The position numbers and the translations under genes are program-made. Below are positions 34,557-44,674 of a stretch of 53,487 nt of DNA, piece after piece (the first letter of the stretch is position 1; every line of letters starts with the position of its first letter). The DNA lies in assembly GCA_964532495.1 (NCBI GenBank), contig CAZHJZ010000006.1, positions 1-53,487 on the forward strand. Direction: 5' to 3'. The stretch is from an uncultured Candidatus Saccharibacteria bacterium (GTDB taxonomy: Bacteria; Patescibacteriota; Minisyncoccia; Phycocordibacterales; UBA9973). The notes below the pieces were generated by a model. It worked only from the letters and a program-made list of their open reading frames with translations, was not told where the DNA came from and made no database searches.

Positions 34557-36491
34557 ATGATGTCCGAAGATAATGAAAAGCCGCATCGGCTTGATGATAT
34601 TGAAAAAAAATTATATAGCCCCAATCCAAATGCGCTTCCAAAACGGCGTACAGGAATGCTGCATCAAGTAAACCATGCTGTTTCATCAGTGTGGAACAAT
34701 CAGCACACCGTTGCAGCTGTAGATACCGTAAAGACGATATCTATGAAAACATCATTCTTCAAAAAATTCTTCATCGGATCAATGGTCTTTTTCACGATTG
34801 CTATCATGATCGGACTCTTCCTGTTCTTTGGCGGAAGCGGCGGTGTTTCTTCTGACAACGTCACTATCAATGTTCTTGGTAACGCATACACCCCCGGCGG
34901 CGAAGCATTGCCTCTCACTATTGAAATCGCAAACTCCAATCCAACCGATCTCGAGCTTGCTGATCTGATTGTGCAGTATGGACGAAACAAGCCAGATGTT
35001 ACTGATCCTTCAGATATCGTTACAAACAGAATCCCAGTCGGAACTATTGCTGCAGGAAAAGCGGTAAACCAAAAAGTTGATCTCACGTTGTATGGGGCAG
35101 AAGGCACTAACAAGCAGGTGAAGTTTACACTCGAATATCACATCGCAGGTTCCAATGCCGTGTATCAGAAAGACAGAGTCTTTTCCGTTGTTATCAATAC
35201 CGCTCCGATCACGCTTGCTATCGATGCGGCTACATCGGTTACAGCAGGACAACCGTACACTTTCGTAGTAAAGGTAACTTCAAACGTCCGCAAGGTTATA
35301 CCTAACATGATGCTCAAGGTTGATTACCCAATCGGTTTTGGATTCTCAACCGCAGAGCCTGCCCCAACATACCTTTCCAATGTATGGAACTTGGGCGATC
35401 TCAATCCTGGGGAAACAAAGCAAATAAAAATAATGGGATCTATCACTGCTGAAGATGGCGAAGAGCGGTCATTCCGTGTCTATGCCGGATCGCAAAGCGA
35501 TACTGACAGAAATGTCATCGGCGTCACATTTACTTCAGTTTTGCATACGGTGGATATCGTTAAGCCATTCCTCCAGGCAAAACTCAAAGTTAATGGCCAG
35601 CAAGGCGCGCAAGTTTCAGTCCCATCACGATCGACAATCAACGGTACAATCAACTGGAGCAACAATATCCCGGTACGAATTTTAAACGCTCGCATCTCAG
35701 TCAAGCTGACAGGTACGCTCATCGATCGTTCTTCGATTGAAGCTCTCGGAGGATTTTACAACTCAGTTGACAGCACTATTACCTGGGATCGTAACACCAT
35801 GCCTGAACTTGCAAACGTAGAACCGGGTGCGAACGGATCGCTCGGATTTACCTTCTCTACTTTGTCTCTCTATCAAAACGGTGGATTTGTAAACAATCCG
35901 CAGATTATGCTGGATGTTTCAATTACCGGACAGCAGCCGCAAGAGGGAACCAATAGCCAGTCAGTGAACAATATTGAACGCACGATTATCAAACTTGGTA
36001 CGGATTTTCAAATGACGGCAGCTGCTTCATATACTGGACAGCCATTCATCAACAATGGTCCGTTGCCTCCCGCAGCAAATAAAAAAACAACATACACTAT
36101 CAAATGGACGCTTACGAGTTCGGCGAGCGATGTCACGGGCGTCCGAGTAAAAGCAACGCTCCCTTCATTTGTTCATTTCCTTAACGCTGTTTACCCATCA
36201 AACGCAAATCTCAAGATTGATCCGCTCACTGGCGATCTTATCTGGGATGCTGGAACAGTCACCAAGGGATCGGGATTCGGTTCCGAGCCTAAGACCGTAT
36301 TTTTCCAGGTTGAACTCAGCCCTTCATCGTCCCAAGTAGGTTCAGTTCCTGTACTTATTAATGCCATGACGGCAACTGGAGTTGACTCATATACAGGAGC
36401 ATCAGTTAGTTCTGGCTCGCGAGAAGTAAACACTCGACTCTTTAACGATCCCGTCTTCCAGCAAGGTGATGAGACTGTGGTATCGCAATAG
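34557..36491 (+). CDS. Large membrane-anchored extracellular protein with repeated Ig-like (CARDB/DUF11-like) beta domains
   Basis: One TM helix (FFIGSMVFFTIAIMIGLFLFF) followed by about 540 aa of beta-rich repeated segments. Confidence 0.65.
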   Translation: MMSEDNEKPHRLDDIEKKLYSPNPNALPKRRTGMLHQVNHAVSSVWNNQHTVAAVDTVKTISMKTSFFKKFFIGSMVFFTIAIMIGLFLFFGGSGGVSSDNVTINVLGNAYTPGGEALPLTIEIANSNPTDLELADLIVQYGRNKPDVTDPSDIVTNRIPVGTIAAGKAVNQKVDLTLYGAEGTNKQVKFTLEYHIAGSNAVYQKDRVFSVVINTAPITLAIDAATSVTAGQPYTFVVKVTSNVRKVIPNMMLKVDYPIGFGFSTAEPAPTYLSNVWNLGDLNPGETKQIKIMGSITAEDGEERSFRVYAGSQSDTDRNVIGVTFTSVLHTVDIVKPFLQAKLKVNGQQGAQVSVPSRSTINGTINWSNNIPVRILNARISVKLTGTLIDRSSIEALGGFYNSVDSTITWDRNTMPELANVEPGANGSLGFTFSTLSLYQNGGFVNNPQIMLDVSITGQQPQEGTNSQSVNNIERTIIKLGTDFQMTAAASYTGQPFINNGPLPPAANKKTTYTIKWTLTSSASDVTGVRVKATLPSFVHFLNAVYPSNANLKIDPLTGDLIWDAGTVTKGSGFGSEPKTVFFQVELSPSSSQVGSVPVLINAMTATGVDSYTGASVSSGSREVNTRLFNDPVFQQGDETVVSQ

Positions 36492-36528
36492 TTTGAATTT
36501 CTTCGGAAATACAGTAAAGTAGTCCTAT

Positions 36529-37920
36529 ATGGCAGAAAAAGAAATGACACTCATGGAAAAGATCGAATCGCTCTGTAAGCGCCGCGGCTTTATTTTTCAA
36601 GGCTCGGAGCTTTATGGCGGCCTTGCTGGTACCTGGGACTATGGTCCTTTAGGAGTGGCACTCAAGAAGAATATCGAGCGTCTTTGGTGGAATCGATTCG
36701 TCGAATCCCGCGAAGACATGTACGGTATTGAATCTGCAATCCTTATGAACCCTCGAGTATGGGAAGCTTCAGGTCACGTTGCAGGATTTTCTGATCCGCT
36801 GGTGGATGATGTAAAAACCAAGAAACGGTATCGAGCCGACCACCTTCTCGAAGAAGCGGGAGTAGATGTCAAAGGAATGACTCTGACAAAAATGAGCGAA
36901 GAAATCCGAGCTCGAAAATTGAAAAGCCCAGAAGGCAACGATCTTTCAGATGTCCGCCAGTTCAACATGATGTTCGCAACGCAGATCGGTGCGGTTGAGG
37001 ATTCTTCTTCAAAGATATATCTTCGTCCAGAAAATGCCCAGGGTATGTTCATGAACTATAAGAATATTTTAGATTCTCTTCATCCGAAATTGCCATTCGG
37101 TATCGCTCAGATGGGAAAGGCATTTCGAAATGAGATCACTCCTCGAGACTTTACATTCCGAACTCGCGAATTCAATCTCATGGAATTCGAATACTTCGTT
37201 AAGCCCGCTGAATGGGAGCGTCATTTCGAATACTGGAAATACCAGATGATCGAGTGGATCGAACAGATCGGTATTGATTCGTTTAAAGTCCATGAACTCG
37301 AAGTCGCGCCAGAAGATCGCGCTCACTATTCACTCCGCACTACTGACTTTGAATTTGATTTTCCATTTGGAAGAAAAGAATTGTACGGACTCGCGTGCCG
37401 AGGGGACTTTGACCTTACGCAGCATCAGAAAAATTCTAGTGTAAACCTGGAGTACCTCGACGAAGAAGCAGCGACTGACAGTCCAGACCGAAAATTCTTG
37501 CCATTCTGCGTCGAGCCAACATTTGGAATCGATCGCACAATATTGGCTGTCCTCGCTTCAGCTTACAAAGAAGATCTTTCAAAGCCTGACGATGTCCGCT
37601 CATACCTCGCCCTCAAACCTTCAGTTGCTCCCGTGATCTGCGCAGTTTCTCCGCTCCTCAAAAACAAGCCAGAGCTCGTTGCTATGGCTCGCCGTGTTTA
37701 CGATATTCTCAAAACCGAGTTTGGCCGGGTTATGTGGGATGACAATGGAAACATCGGAAAGCGCTACCGCCGACAGGATGAAATCGGAACACCATGGTGC
37801 ATCGTTATCGACTTTGATTCGCTTACAAATGACGACGTAACCGTTCGCGACCGCGACAACGGAAACCAAGAGCGAGTCGCTATCGGGGATTTGGTGGCGA
37901 AGATTAAAGAGCAGCTGTAG
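36529..37920 (+). CDS. glyQS: Glycyl-tRNA synthetase (alpha2 dimeric type)
   Basis: RRGFIFQGSELYGGLAGTWDYGPLG, class II motifs, and an anticodon-binding C-terminus. Confidence 0.92.
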   Translation: MAEKEMTLMEKIESLCKRRGFIFQGSELYGGLAGTWDYGPLGVALKKNIERLWWNRFVESREDMYGIESAILMNPRVWEASGHVAGFSDPLVDDVKTKKRYRADHLLEEAGVDVKGMTLTKMSEEIRARKLKSPEGNDLSDVRQFNMMFATQIGAVEDSSSKIYLRPENAQGMFMNYKNILDSLHPKLPFGIAQMGKAFRNEITPRDFTFRTREFNLMEFEYFVKPAEWERHFEYWKYQMIEWIEQIGIDSFKVHELEVAPEDRAHYSLRTTDFEFDFPFGRKELYGLACRGDFDLTQHQKNSSVNLEYLDEEAATDSPDRKFLPFCVEPTFGIDRTILAVLASAYKEDLSKPDDVRSYLALKPSVAPVICAVSPLLKNKPELVAMARRVYDILKTEFGRVMWDDNGNIGKRYRRQDEIGTPWCIVIDFDSLTNDDVTVRDRDNGNQERVAIGDLVAKIKEQL

Positions 37921-38451
37921 ATGAAAGAAATCGAAGTTAAAGCATACCTCAAAGACAAAGAATCTGTAATCAAAAAATTGACTGACCTCGGTGCCACATT
38001 CGCCAAACCCATCCGTCAGGTTGATAGTGTTTTTGAGTGTGAGGAAAAAGTCTCAGAAAATGAGACTAAACACTCGGTGCGTATTCGGTACCTTGATGAC
38101 GGCCGATGTATTTTCACAGCCAAGGATCGGATGAAGCAGGTGATGGCCAACTCTGAATATGAAACTGAAATCAAAGACGGAAAAGCGATGGAGCAGGCTC
38201 TTGCGCTTATGGGCTATGCAATTACCAGCACGCTCGATAAAGTTCGCCTAGTTGCTCACTATCAGGATTTGGACATCTGTTTGGACGATGTTGAGGAGCT
38301 TGGATCGTTTATCGAGGTGGAAAAATTTTCAGACGAAGATCCCCATCAAGTAGTAGAAGAATTATTTCAGTTTCTAATGACTCTCGGAATCTCAAAAGAA
38401 GATCAAGTGTTCGAAAAATATGACACTATGATGGAAAAATTACAAAAATAA
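37921..38451 (+). CDS. CYTH-domain protein (CyaB-like), third copy in the window
   Basis: MKEIEVKAYL (ExExK) and later SFIEVEKF. Starts on the nucleotide after the glyQS stop. Confidence 0.7.
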   Translation: MKEIEVKAYLKDKESVIKKLTDLGATFAKPIRQVDSVFECEEKVSENETKHSVRIRYLDDGRCIFTAKDRMKQVMANSEYETEIKDGKAMEQALALMGYAITSTLDKVRLVAHYQDLDICLDDVEELGSFIEVEKFSDEDPHQVVEELFQFLMTLGISKEDQVFEKYDTMMEKLQK

Positions 38452-38464
38452 AAAATAAAAAAAT

Positions 38465-38905
38465 ATGCAAAAAGGAATTGATTACATAGGCATTTCCGTT
38501 TCTTACTTTGTCCATGACGGCAAAGGAAATTACGTGATGCAAAAGCGCGGCGTGAATTGCCGCGATGAACATGGAAGATGGGATTTCGGAGGCGGAGGAT
38601 TGGACTTCGGCATGACCGCTCTCGATCAGCTCCGCACGGAACTGCAAGAAGAGTTTTGTATTGAAAAGTACAAAGCAGAATTTGTTGGCTTTAATGAAAC
38701 CTTTCGCGAAATAGAGGGCAAAAAAGCCCATTGGGTGCATCTGCACTATTTAGTGGAAGTTGATCCATCTGAAGTAAAGAATGGCGAGCCGCATAAGTTT
38801 GATGAAATCCGCTGGTTTAGATTAGACAATCTGCCATCTCCGCTTCACTCGGCGACAGCTGCTGACCTCCAGCAATTCAAAGACCAAATGCCATTCAGTT
38901 CATAA
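38465..38905 (+). CDS. Nudix hydrolase
   Basis: Nudix box GGGGLDFGMTALDQLRTELQEEFCI. Confidence 0.8.
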   Translation: MQKGIDYIGISVSYFVHDGKGNYVMQKRGVNCRDEHGRWDFGGGGLDFGMTALDQLRTELQEEFCIEKYKAEFVGFNETFREIEGKKAHWVHLHYLVEVDPSEVKNGEPHKFDEIRWFRLDNLPSPLHSATAADLQQFKDQMPFSS

Positions 38906-38920
38906 ATAATTCAATACACA

Positions 38921-38943
38921 AAACCCGCCTAAGGCGGGTTTTG
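38921..38943 (+). terminator. Intrinsic terminator
   Basis: Stem aacccgcc/ggcgggtt, then TT(G)T. Confidence 0.75.
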
Positions 38944-38961
38944 TGATATACTCTCCCACAT

Positions 38962-40230
38962 ATGCAGTATCACAAATCCAAGCTCAAAAACGGCCTTCGC
39001 GTCATCACAGTACCGATGAAGGACAATCCTACGGTCACAGTACTAGTTTTGGTGGAAACAGGCTCTAAATACGAAAATAAGCGCAATAACGGCCTTTCTC
39101 ACTTCCTCGAACACATGTGTTTCAAGGGAACTGCAAAGCGCCCGAACGCCCACGCTATTTCAGCTGAACTCGACGGTATCGGCAGCCAGTACAATGCATT
39201 TACTAGCCAGGAATACACGGGCTACTATGCTAAAAGCGATGCAAAACATTTCAAGCAGGTTTTTGACGTTGTTTCAGATATTTATTTGAATTCAACATTT
39301 CCAGAAGCAGAAATGGAAAAGGAAAAGGGTGTCATTGTTGAAGAGATCAATATGTACGAAGACATGCCGCACCGACATGTGCAGGATTTGTTCATGTCGC
39401 TCTTGTATGGAGATCAGCCAGCCGGCTGGAACATTGCTGGTACTCGCGAGAATGTTCGCGCAATGACTCGCAAAGATTTCGTAGACTACAAGCATGCCCA
39501 CTATGTTCCAAAAGCGACAGTGGTTGTCGTCGCCGGAAAGGTGAATGAAAAAATGGTTCAAAAAGAAGTGGCCGCTATTTTTGGCGGTTTGAAAAATACC
39601 AAGAAAGACACAAAGCTCAAAGTAATTGAAAAACAGACAAAACCAGAAATTCTCGTTAAGCATAAAAAAACTGACCAAACGCATTTTGTGCTGGGCGTGC
39701 GTACGTTTGACCTCTACGACAAGTCTAACCCAGCGCTGACGGTCCTCTCAACAATTCTTGCTGGCGGCATGAGCTCGCGCTTGTTTATCAAGCTCCGTGA
39801 AGAAATGGGAGTAGCGTATTATGTCCGAGCTGCAAACGATCCGTTCACTGATCACGGCTTCCTTGAAATTTCAGCAGGCGTTTCGAACAACCGTGTTTCC
39901 GAAGTCATTACTGAAATTTTGAAAGAATGCAAAAAACTTACAACTGAACTTGTTTCAAAAGAAGAACTCGCTAAAGTAAAGGAATATTTAGCAGGGAACT
40001 ATAAACTCGAACTCGAATCATCCGATGCTTGGGCTTCATATTACGGCGGACAAGAAATTGTTCACCGAAAGATAAAGAATCTTGAAGAAGGGGAGAAGTC
40101 TCTTCGCAAAGTTACCGCGAAGCAGGTTCAAGAAATGGCTAAGAAAATTTTCACTAATAAGAATTTGAACCTCGCAGTTATTGGTCCGTTTGAAGATAAA
40201 AAGGAATTCGAACCAATTTTGAAGTGGTAA
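38962..40230 (+). CDS. M16-family (pitrilysin/insulinase-like) zinc peptidase
   Basis: Inverted zinc motif HFLEH (HxxEH) followed by MCFKGT. Confidence 0.85.
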   Translation: MQYHKSKLKNGLRVITVPMKDNPTVTVLVLVETGSKYENKRNNGLSHFLEHMCFKGTAKRPNAHAISAELDGIGSQYNAFTSQEYTGYYAKSDAKHFKQVFDVVSDIYLNSTFPEAEMEKEKGVIVEEINMYEDMPHRHVQDLFMSLLYGDQPAGWNIAGTRENVRAMTRKDFVDYKHAHYVPKATVVVVAGKVNEKMVQKEVAAIFGGLKNTKKDTKLKVIEKQTKPEILVKHKKTDQTHFVLGVRTFDLYDKSNPALTVLSTILAGGMSSRLFIKLREEMGVAYYVRAANDPFTDHGFLEISAGVSNNRVSEVITEILKECKKLTTELVSKEELAKVKEYLAGNYKLELESSDAWASYYGGQEIVHRKIKNLEEGEKSLRKVTAKQVQEMAKKIFTNKNLNLAVIGPFEDKKEFEPILKW

Positions 40231-40284
40231 CAGCCGCTGCCGAACTTATTTCGCTTTGGAGTCTAATCCTGTATACTCAATTAT

Positions 40285-41352
40285 ATGGAAGAACCACGAC
40301 AGTACATAGTCAAAATTGAGACGAGGACGATCATAAATATCGTTATGATTGTTCTCTTGTTGCTCAGTCTCTATTACCTCCATGAATTGGTTCTTGTCAT
40401 CCTTACATCAATTGTCTTAGCGTCATTCAATGAATCTGTAGTCCGCAAGCTTGCCGTGTACAAGATTCCTCGCACAATTTCCGTAGTGATTGTGTACCTC
40501 GTTTCCCTCGGCTTCACGTTCTCGCTCTTTTACGTTTTTGCTCCGATTTTGATTACTGAAGTATCATCTCTCGTTCAATCCCTCGGAAACTATTTGCCAC
40601 AAAGCAGCGTACTCCAAGTATTCCAGCAGTCGAACATTACAAGCACACAAAATGTCATTACAACCGTATCAGGAACTACTTCGTCACTTGCCGATGTCAT
40701 CAGAAGTGTTCAGACGCTCTTGAACAGTGCATCTGGTGGATTTGTCCAAGCAGTCACCATTATCTTCGGCGGCATGCTGAACGTTGTCTTGATTGCTGTT
40801 ATCACGTTTTATCTATCGATCCAAGATCATGGTATCGAGTCATTCCTCCGCGTCATTACTCCAATCAAGCATGAAGAATACATCGTCGGACTTTGGAAGC
40901 GTTCAGAGCGCAAGATCGGGCTCTGGATGCAAGGACAGATGCTCCTCGGTATCATAATGGGCGTTATAGTTTATCTCGGCCTGACATTGCTCGGGGTAAA
41001 GTACGCATTGGTGATTTCATTGCTGACAGCGATGCTTGAGCTCATTCCGTTCGGCATCATTCTCGCCGGCCTCGTAGGGTGTCTGTTTGCATATTCTGTC
41101 GGGGGCATATCGCTTGCAGTCAAAGTCTTTTTCCTCTACACTATTCTTCAGCAATTTGAGAACTACTTGATTGCGCCACTCATCGTAAACAAAGTCATTG
41201 GGATCTCGCCGCTCGTTGTTATCCTCTCACTTTTGATTGGAGCCGAACTTGCAGGGATCTGGGGATTGCTTCTCGGAATTCCTGTTGCAGTTTGTTTGCT
41301 TGAATATCTTTCCGACATAGAAAAAGGGAAGAGTATCCGTTACACATCATGA
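40285..41352 (+). CDS. AI-2E/PerM (UPF0118) family transporter
   Basis: 355 aa, about 8 TM. The C-terminal G..LGIP..A motif region fits the family. Confidence 0.7.
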   Translation: MEEPRQYIVKIETRTIINIVMIVLLLLSLYYLHELVLVILTSIVLASFNESVVRKLAVYKIPRTISVVIVYLVSLGFTFSLFYVFAPILITEVSSLVQSLGNYLPQSSVLQVFQQSNITSTQNVITTVSGTTSSLADVIRSVQTLLNSASGGFVQAVTIIFGGMLNVVLIAVITFYLSIQDHGIESFLRVITPIKHEEYIVGLWKRSERKIGLWMQGQMLLGIIMGVIVYLGLTLLGVKYALVISLLTAMLELIPFGIILAGLVGCLFAYSVGGISLAVKVFFLYTILQQFENYLIAPLIVNKVIGISPLVVILSLLIGAELAGIWGLLLGIPVAVCLLEYLSDIEKGKSIRYTS

Positions 41353-42836
41353 ACCAAAAACCTTTTTATATAACAACCACATTGCCGTATGTAAATGCTG
41401 ATCCGCATGTTGGTTTTGCAATGGAATTGATCAGAGCTGACGTTATTGCCCGAGCAAAGAAGCTTCAGGGTTACGAAGTTTTTTTTAATACCGGAACTGA
41501 CGAGCATGGCTCAAAGCTTTTCAAAGCGGCTGAGAAGGAAGGCATTCCAGTCCAGGAATATGTGGATGGCTACGCTGCACGATTCAAAGGCCTCGCAGAA
41601 TTATTGGGCATAGATTCAAGCGTGCACTTCATCCGCACCACTGATGCGCATCATGAGTCCGCAGCTCAGGAATTCTGGAAACGCTGCGAAAAGAATGGCT
41701 ATATTTACAAGAAAACATATCAGGTAAAATATTGCATCGGCTGCGAACTGGAAAAAACTGATTCAGAACTTGTGGATGGCAAATGCCCGATTCATCCAAC
41801 ATATGAAATAGAATTGATTGATGAAGAAAATTATTTCTTCAAGTTTTCAGCTTTTCAGCAGCCTCTCCTTGATTTCTACGCCAAGCATCCCACATTCGTC
41901 ATTCCTGATTTTCGTTTCAATGAAATTCGCGCGTTTGTCGAACGAGGTCTTGAAGATTTTTCTATCTCTCGTCTCAAGTCAAAAATGCCTTGGGGAATTC
42001 CGGTTCCAGGCGATGAAAACCAGGTGATGTATGTATGGTTTGATGCGCTCGTAAACTATATTTCAACACTTGGCTGGCCGGAAAATACAGAGCAATTTGA
42101 AAAATTCTGGCACGGCGGAATGCCAACTCAATACTGCGGCAAGGACAACCTGCGTCAGCAGTCAGCAATGTGGCAGGCAATGCTCATGGCCGCAGACCTC
42201 CCAAACTCTCACCAAATCGTTATAAACGGTTTCTTTAACGGCGAAGGTGGCGTCAAAATGTCGAAATCCATCGGTAACGTTGTTGATCCGTACGCCGTGG
42301 TGGAAAAGTTTGGCCTTGATGCGCTCCGCGTATATGTACTTTCAGAAGTTTCAATGTTCGAAGACAGTCCTGTTTCTATGGATCTTATTGGAGCATCATA
42401 CAATGCTAAGCTTGCGAACGGCCTCGGCAACCTCACCTCACGTATCATGAAGATGGCTTCGACCAACCTCGAAAATGCTCCAGAAATAGCCGAGTCAGAA
42501 ACTGAGGGAACTATTTCTCGCCAGTATTTTGACTATCTTGATGGGTTTGAAATTAACAAAGCTATACAGATGGTATGGACTGAAATAACCGCGCTCGATA
42601 CCTTGATCCAAGACAAGCAGCCGTTCAAACTCGTAAAAACAGAACCCGAAGCAGGAAAAGAAATCATCGGCGAACTCGTTACGCGCCTGTATACTGTTGG
42701 CCGCATGCTTGAGCCGTTTTTGCCAGAGACTTCAAAAATAATTAAAGATTTGGTAAAGGCAAACAAAATGCCAGATCAGCCGCTCTATGCCCGAAAAGAC
42801 GAATTGCCGAAAGGCGATTCGGATCGAGCAGCGTGA
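41349..42836 (+). CDS. metG: Methionyl-tRNA synthetase
   Basis: PYVNADPHVGF (HIGH variant), zinc knuckle CIGC...CPIH, and KMSKSIGN. 4-nt overlap with the upstream gene. Confidence 0.92.
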   Translation: MNQKPFYITTTLPYVNADPHVGFAMELIRADVIARAKKLQGYEVFFNTGTDEHGSKLFKAAEKEGIPVQEYVDGYAARFKGLAELLGIDSSVHFIRTTDAHHESAAQEFWKRCEKNGYIYKKTYQVKYCIGCELEKTDSELVDGKCPIHPTYEIELIDEENYFFKFSAFQQPLLDFYAKHPTFVIPDFRFNEIRAFVERGLEDFSISRLKSKMPWGIPVPGDENQVMYVWFDALVNYISTLGWPENTEQFEKFWHGGMPTQYCGKDNLRQQSAMWQAMLMAADLPNSHQIVINGFFNGEGGVKMSKSIGNVVDPYAVVEKFGLDALRVYVLSEVSMFEDSPVSMDLIGASYNAKLANGLGNLTSRIMKMASTNLENAPEIAESETEGTISRQYFDYLDGFEINKAIQMVWTEITALDTLIQDKQPFKLVKTEPEAGKEIIGELVTRLYTVGRMLEPFLPETSKIIKDLVKANKMPDQPLYARKDELPKGDSDRAA

Positions 42837-42873
42837 CACTCATAAATAATCATTACCAGGCGACACTAAACAT

Positions 42874-43653
42874 ATGAATTTTGATTTTATCGACATCCAC
42901 TCGCACCTCAATATTTCTCCGCTTTCTGAAGACACAGAAGGCGTTTTGGCGCGCATGAAGGAAAATAATGTTGCCTCTATTACTGTTGGGGTAGATTTTG
43001 AAACTTCAAAACAAGCTATCCATATAGCAGAATCATTGGATTTGTGGGCAACAATTGGATTGCATCCCACTGACAATGACAAAGAAGTATTTAATTACGA
43101 GGCATATCTCGCACTTGCCCGGCATCCTGAAGTGGTTGCCATCGGCGAATGCGGCCTTGATTATTTCCGGAACCAAGATCCAGAAATGAAAACAAAGCAG
43201 GAGGCTTTGTTCCGCCAGCATATCAAGCTCGCACAAGAAGCAGGGAAGCCGCTCATGATCCATGCCAGACCAAGCAAGGGGAGCATGGACGCATATGAAG
43301 ATGTTCTCAATATTTTAGAAAATATTCCTGAAGCTCCAAAAGCGAACTTTCATTTCTTTGTCGGCAATATTGAAATCGCACAACGCATTCTCGCGATTGG
43401 CGGAACTATGTCGTTCGACGGACCGATCACATTCACAACTGACTATGATGAAGTGATCGCATTTGTTCCGCTCGAATCTATGCATGCCGAAACTGATGCA
43501 CCATTTGCCGCGCCTGCTCCATATCGGGGGAAGACGTGCGAGCCGTGGATGGTGATAGAGGTGGTACGCAAAATCGCACAAATAAAAGGGCTGTCACTTG
43601 ATCAAGTCAAGCAACAGCTCCTGCAAAATGCTATCTCTTCTTTTTTTTCCTAA
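42874..43653 (+). CDS. TatD-family metal-dependent hydrolase
   Basis: FIDIHSHL, GECGLDY, IHAR, and HAETDAP motifs. Confidence 0.85.
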   Translation: MNFDFIDIHSHLNISPLSEDTEGVLARMKENNVASITVGVDFETSKQAIHIAESLDLWATIGLHPTDNDKEVFNYEAYLALARHPEVVAIGECGLDYFRNQDPEMKTKQEALFRQHIKLAQEAGKPLMIHARPSKGSMDAYEDVLNILENIPEAPKANFHFFVGNIEIAQRILAIGGTMSFDGPITFTTDYDEVIAFVPLESMHAETDAPFAAPAPYRGKTCEPWMVIEVVRKIAQIKGLSLDQVKQQLLQNAISSFFS

Positions 43654-43924
43654 CTCCTAACTTATGGGCAATGCGCTGGGGTATGTGGAATTTAGCAGCG
43701 GCGTCATCTTCCATTTCAACAACTGTTGGTTCGTGGAAAAAAATCCTTTCTTTGCCTCCGATTCCTGGGGCAACAACGATGTTCGCTACTGCGAACGCTG
43801 TGGTGGTAACTTTCATACAAAAAGAGTTTAGGTGAAGTATTGTTATATATTATACTACTTTTAATTTATTTGTCAATACACAGATAACTAGTGAAAGTAT
43901 ATATCAAGCATGCAGTAAAAACCA

Positions 43925-43952
43925 TTGACAATACAGGTTTTTCTGCTAATAT
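43925..43952 (+). promoter_or_regulatory. Promoter TTGACA-N16-TAATAT (TGC extended -10) for rpsF-ssb-rpsR
   Basis: Hexamers at 43925..43930 and 43947..43952. Confidence 0.55.
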
Positions 43953-43958
43953 AACCAC

Positions 43959-44101
43959 ATCTCTCGTTTGGTGCACTCATTGCGTAGCTGCACTACATTT
44001 AGTCCGTAACGAGCAGACTTTCAGCCTTATTTTATAAGGTTTTAAGCAATCTATTATTTTATTAATAGGTCAGGCGGACTGCCTGATTTTTTTTATTGCA
44101 T
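43959..44101 (+). promoter_or_regulatory. Structured rpsF 5' leader ending in an intrinsic terminator (44070..44094) 7 nt before the start codon
   Basis: Nested hairpins (ctcgtt...aacgag enclosing gtgca...tgcac; ccttat/ataagg; ctatta/taatag), then tcaggc-ggact-gcctga plus T8. Confidence 0.45.
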
Positions 44102-44581
44102 ATGTCAGAAGACACACAAGAAAAAGACGGACGCGTGTATGAGCTCTCATACCTCTTCGTCCCGCTTCTAGCGGAAGAAACTGTTGCCGCATCATTCGGC
44201 AACTTGAAGGCCCTTCTCGAAAAGCACGGCGCGACATTCATCGGCGAAGAAATGCCGAAGATGATCGAGCTTGCATACGAAATGAGCCGCGTTATCGAAA
44301 ACAAGAAAACTTGGTTCGACAACGCATACTTTGGTTGGATCAAGTTCGAAATCGATCCATCTGAGATCGCAGCGATCGAAGAAATCTTGCTCCGAGACGA
44401 GCAGGTTCTCCGATACATGACGCTCAAGACTGTTCGCGAAAACACTATGGCCTCAAAGAAGCCATTGCGCGAATACCGAAAGCGTACATCTGACAAAGCA
44501 GAAGGAGGCGAAGAAGCTCCAGCTGCTCCGATGAACAAGGAAGAAGTAGACAAGCAGATCGACGCTCTTGTCACTGAATAA
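44102..44581 (+). CDS. rpsF: Ribosomal protein S6 with an acidic C-terminal extension
   Basis: GRVYELSYLFVPLL...IELAYEM pattern, and position upstream of ssb-rpsR. ATG at 44102 preferred over the TTG at 44096. Confidence 0.85.
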   Translation: MSEDTQEKDGRVYELSYLFVPLLAEETVAASFGNLKALLEKHGATFIGEEMPKMIELAYEMSRVIENKKTWFDNAYFGWIKFEIDPSEIAAIEEILLRDEQVLRYMTLKTVRENTMASKKPLREYRKRTSDKAEGGEEAPAAPMNKEEVDKQIDALVTE

Positions 44582-44674
44582 CCCAGGCCGAATTGCTTAT
44601 TGAAATATAGTAAGCAGGTAGGTATACTAGGTACGTACTCATAGATATCAATTAAGTAATCAACAAAAGCACAT

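Noticed and set aside
43631-43816. 61-aa minus-strand ORF overlapping the 3' end of tatD
   Set aside because: No ribosome-binding site or promoter was recognised. Its Lys-rich C-terminus derives from the T-run at the tatD end. Too weak to call.
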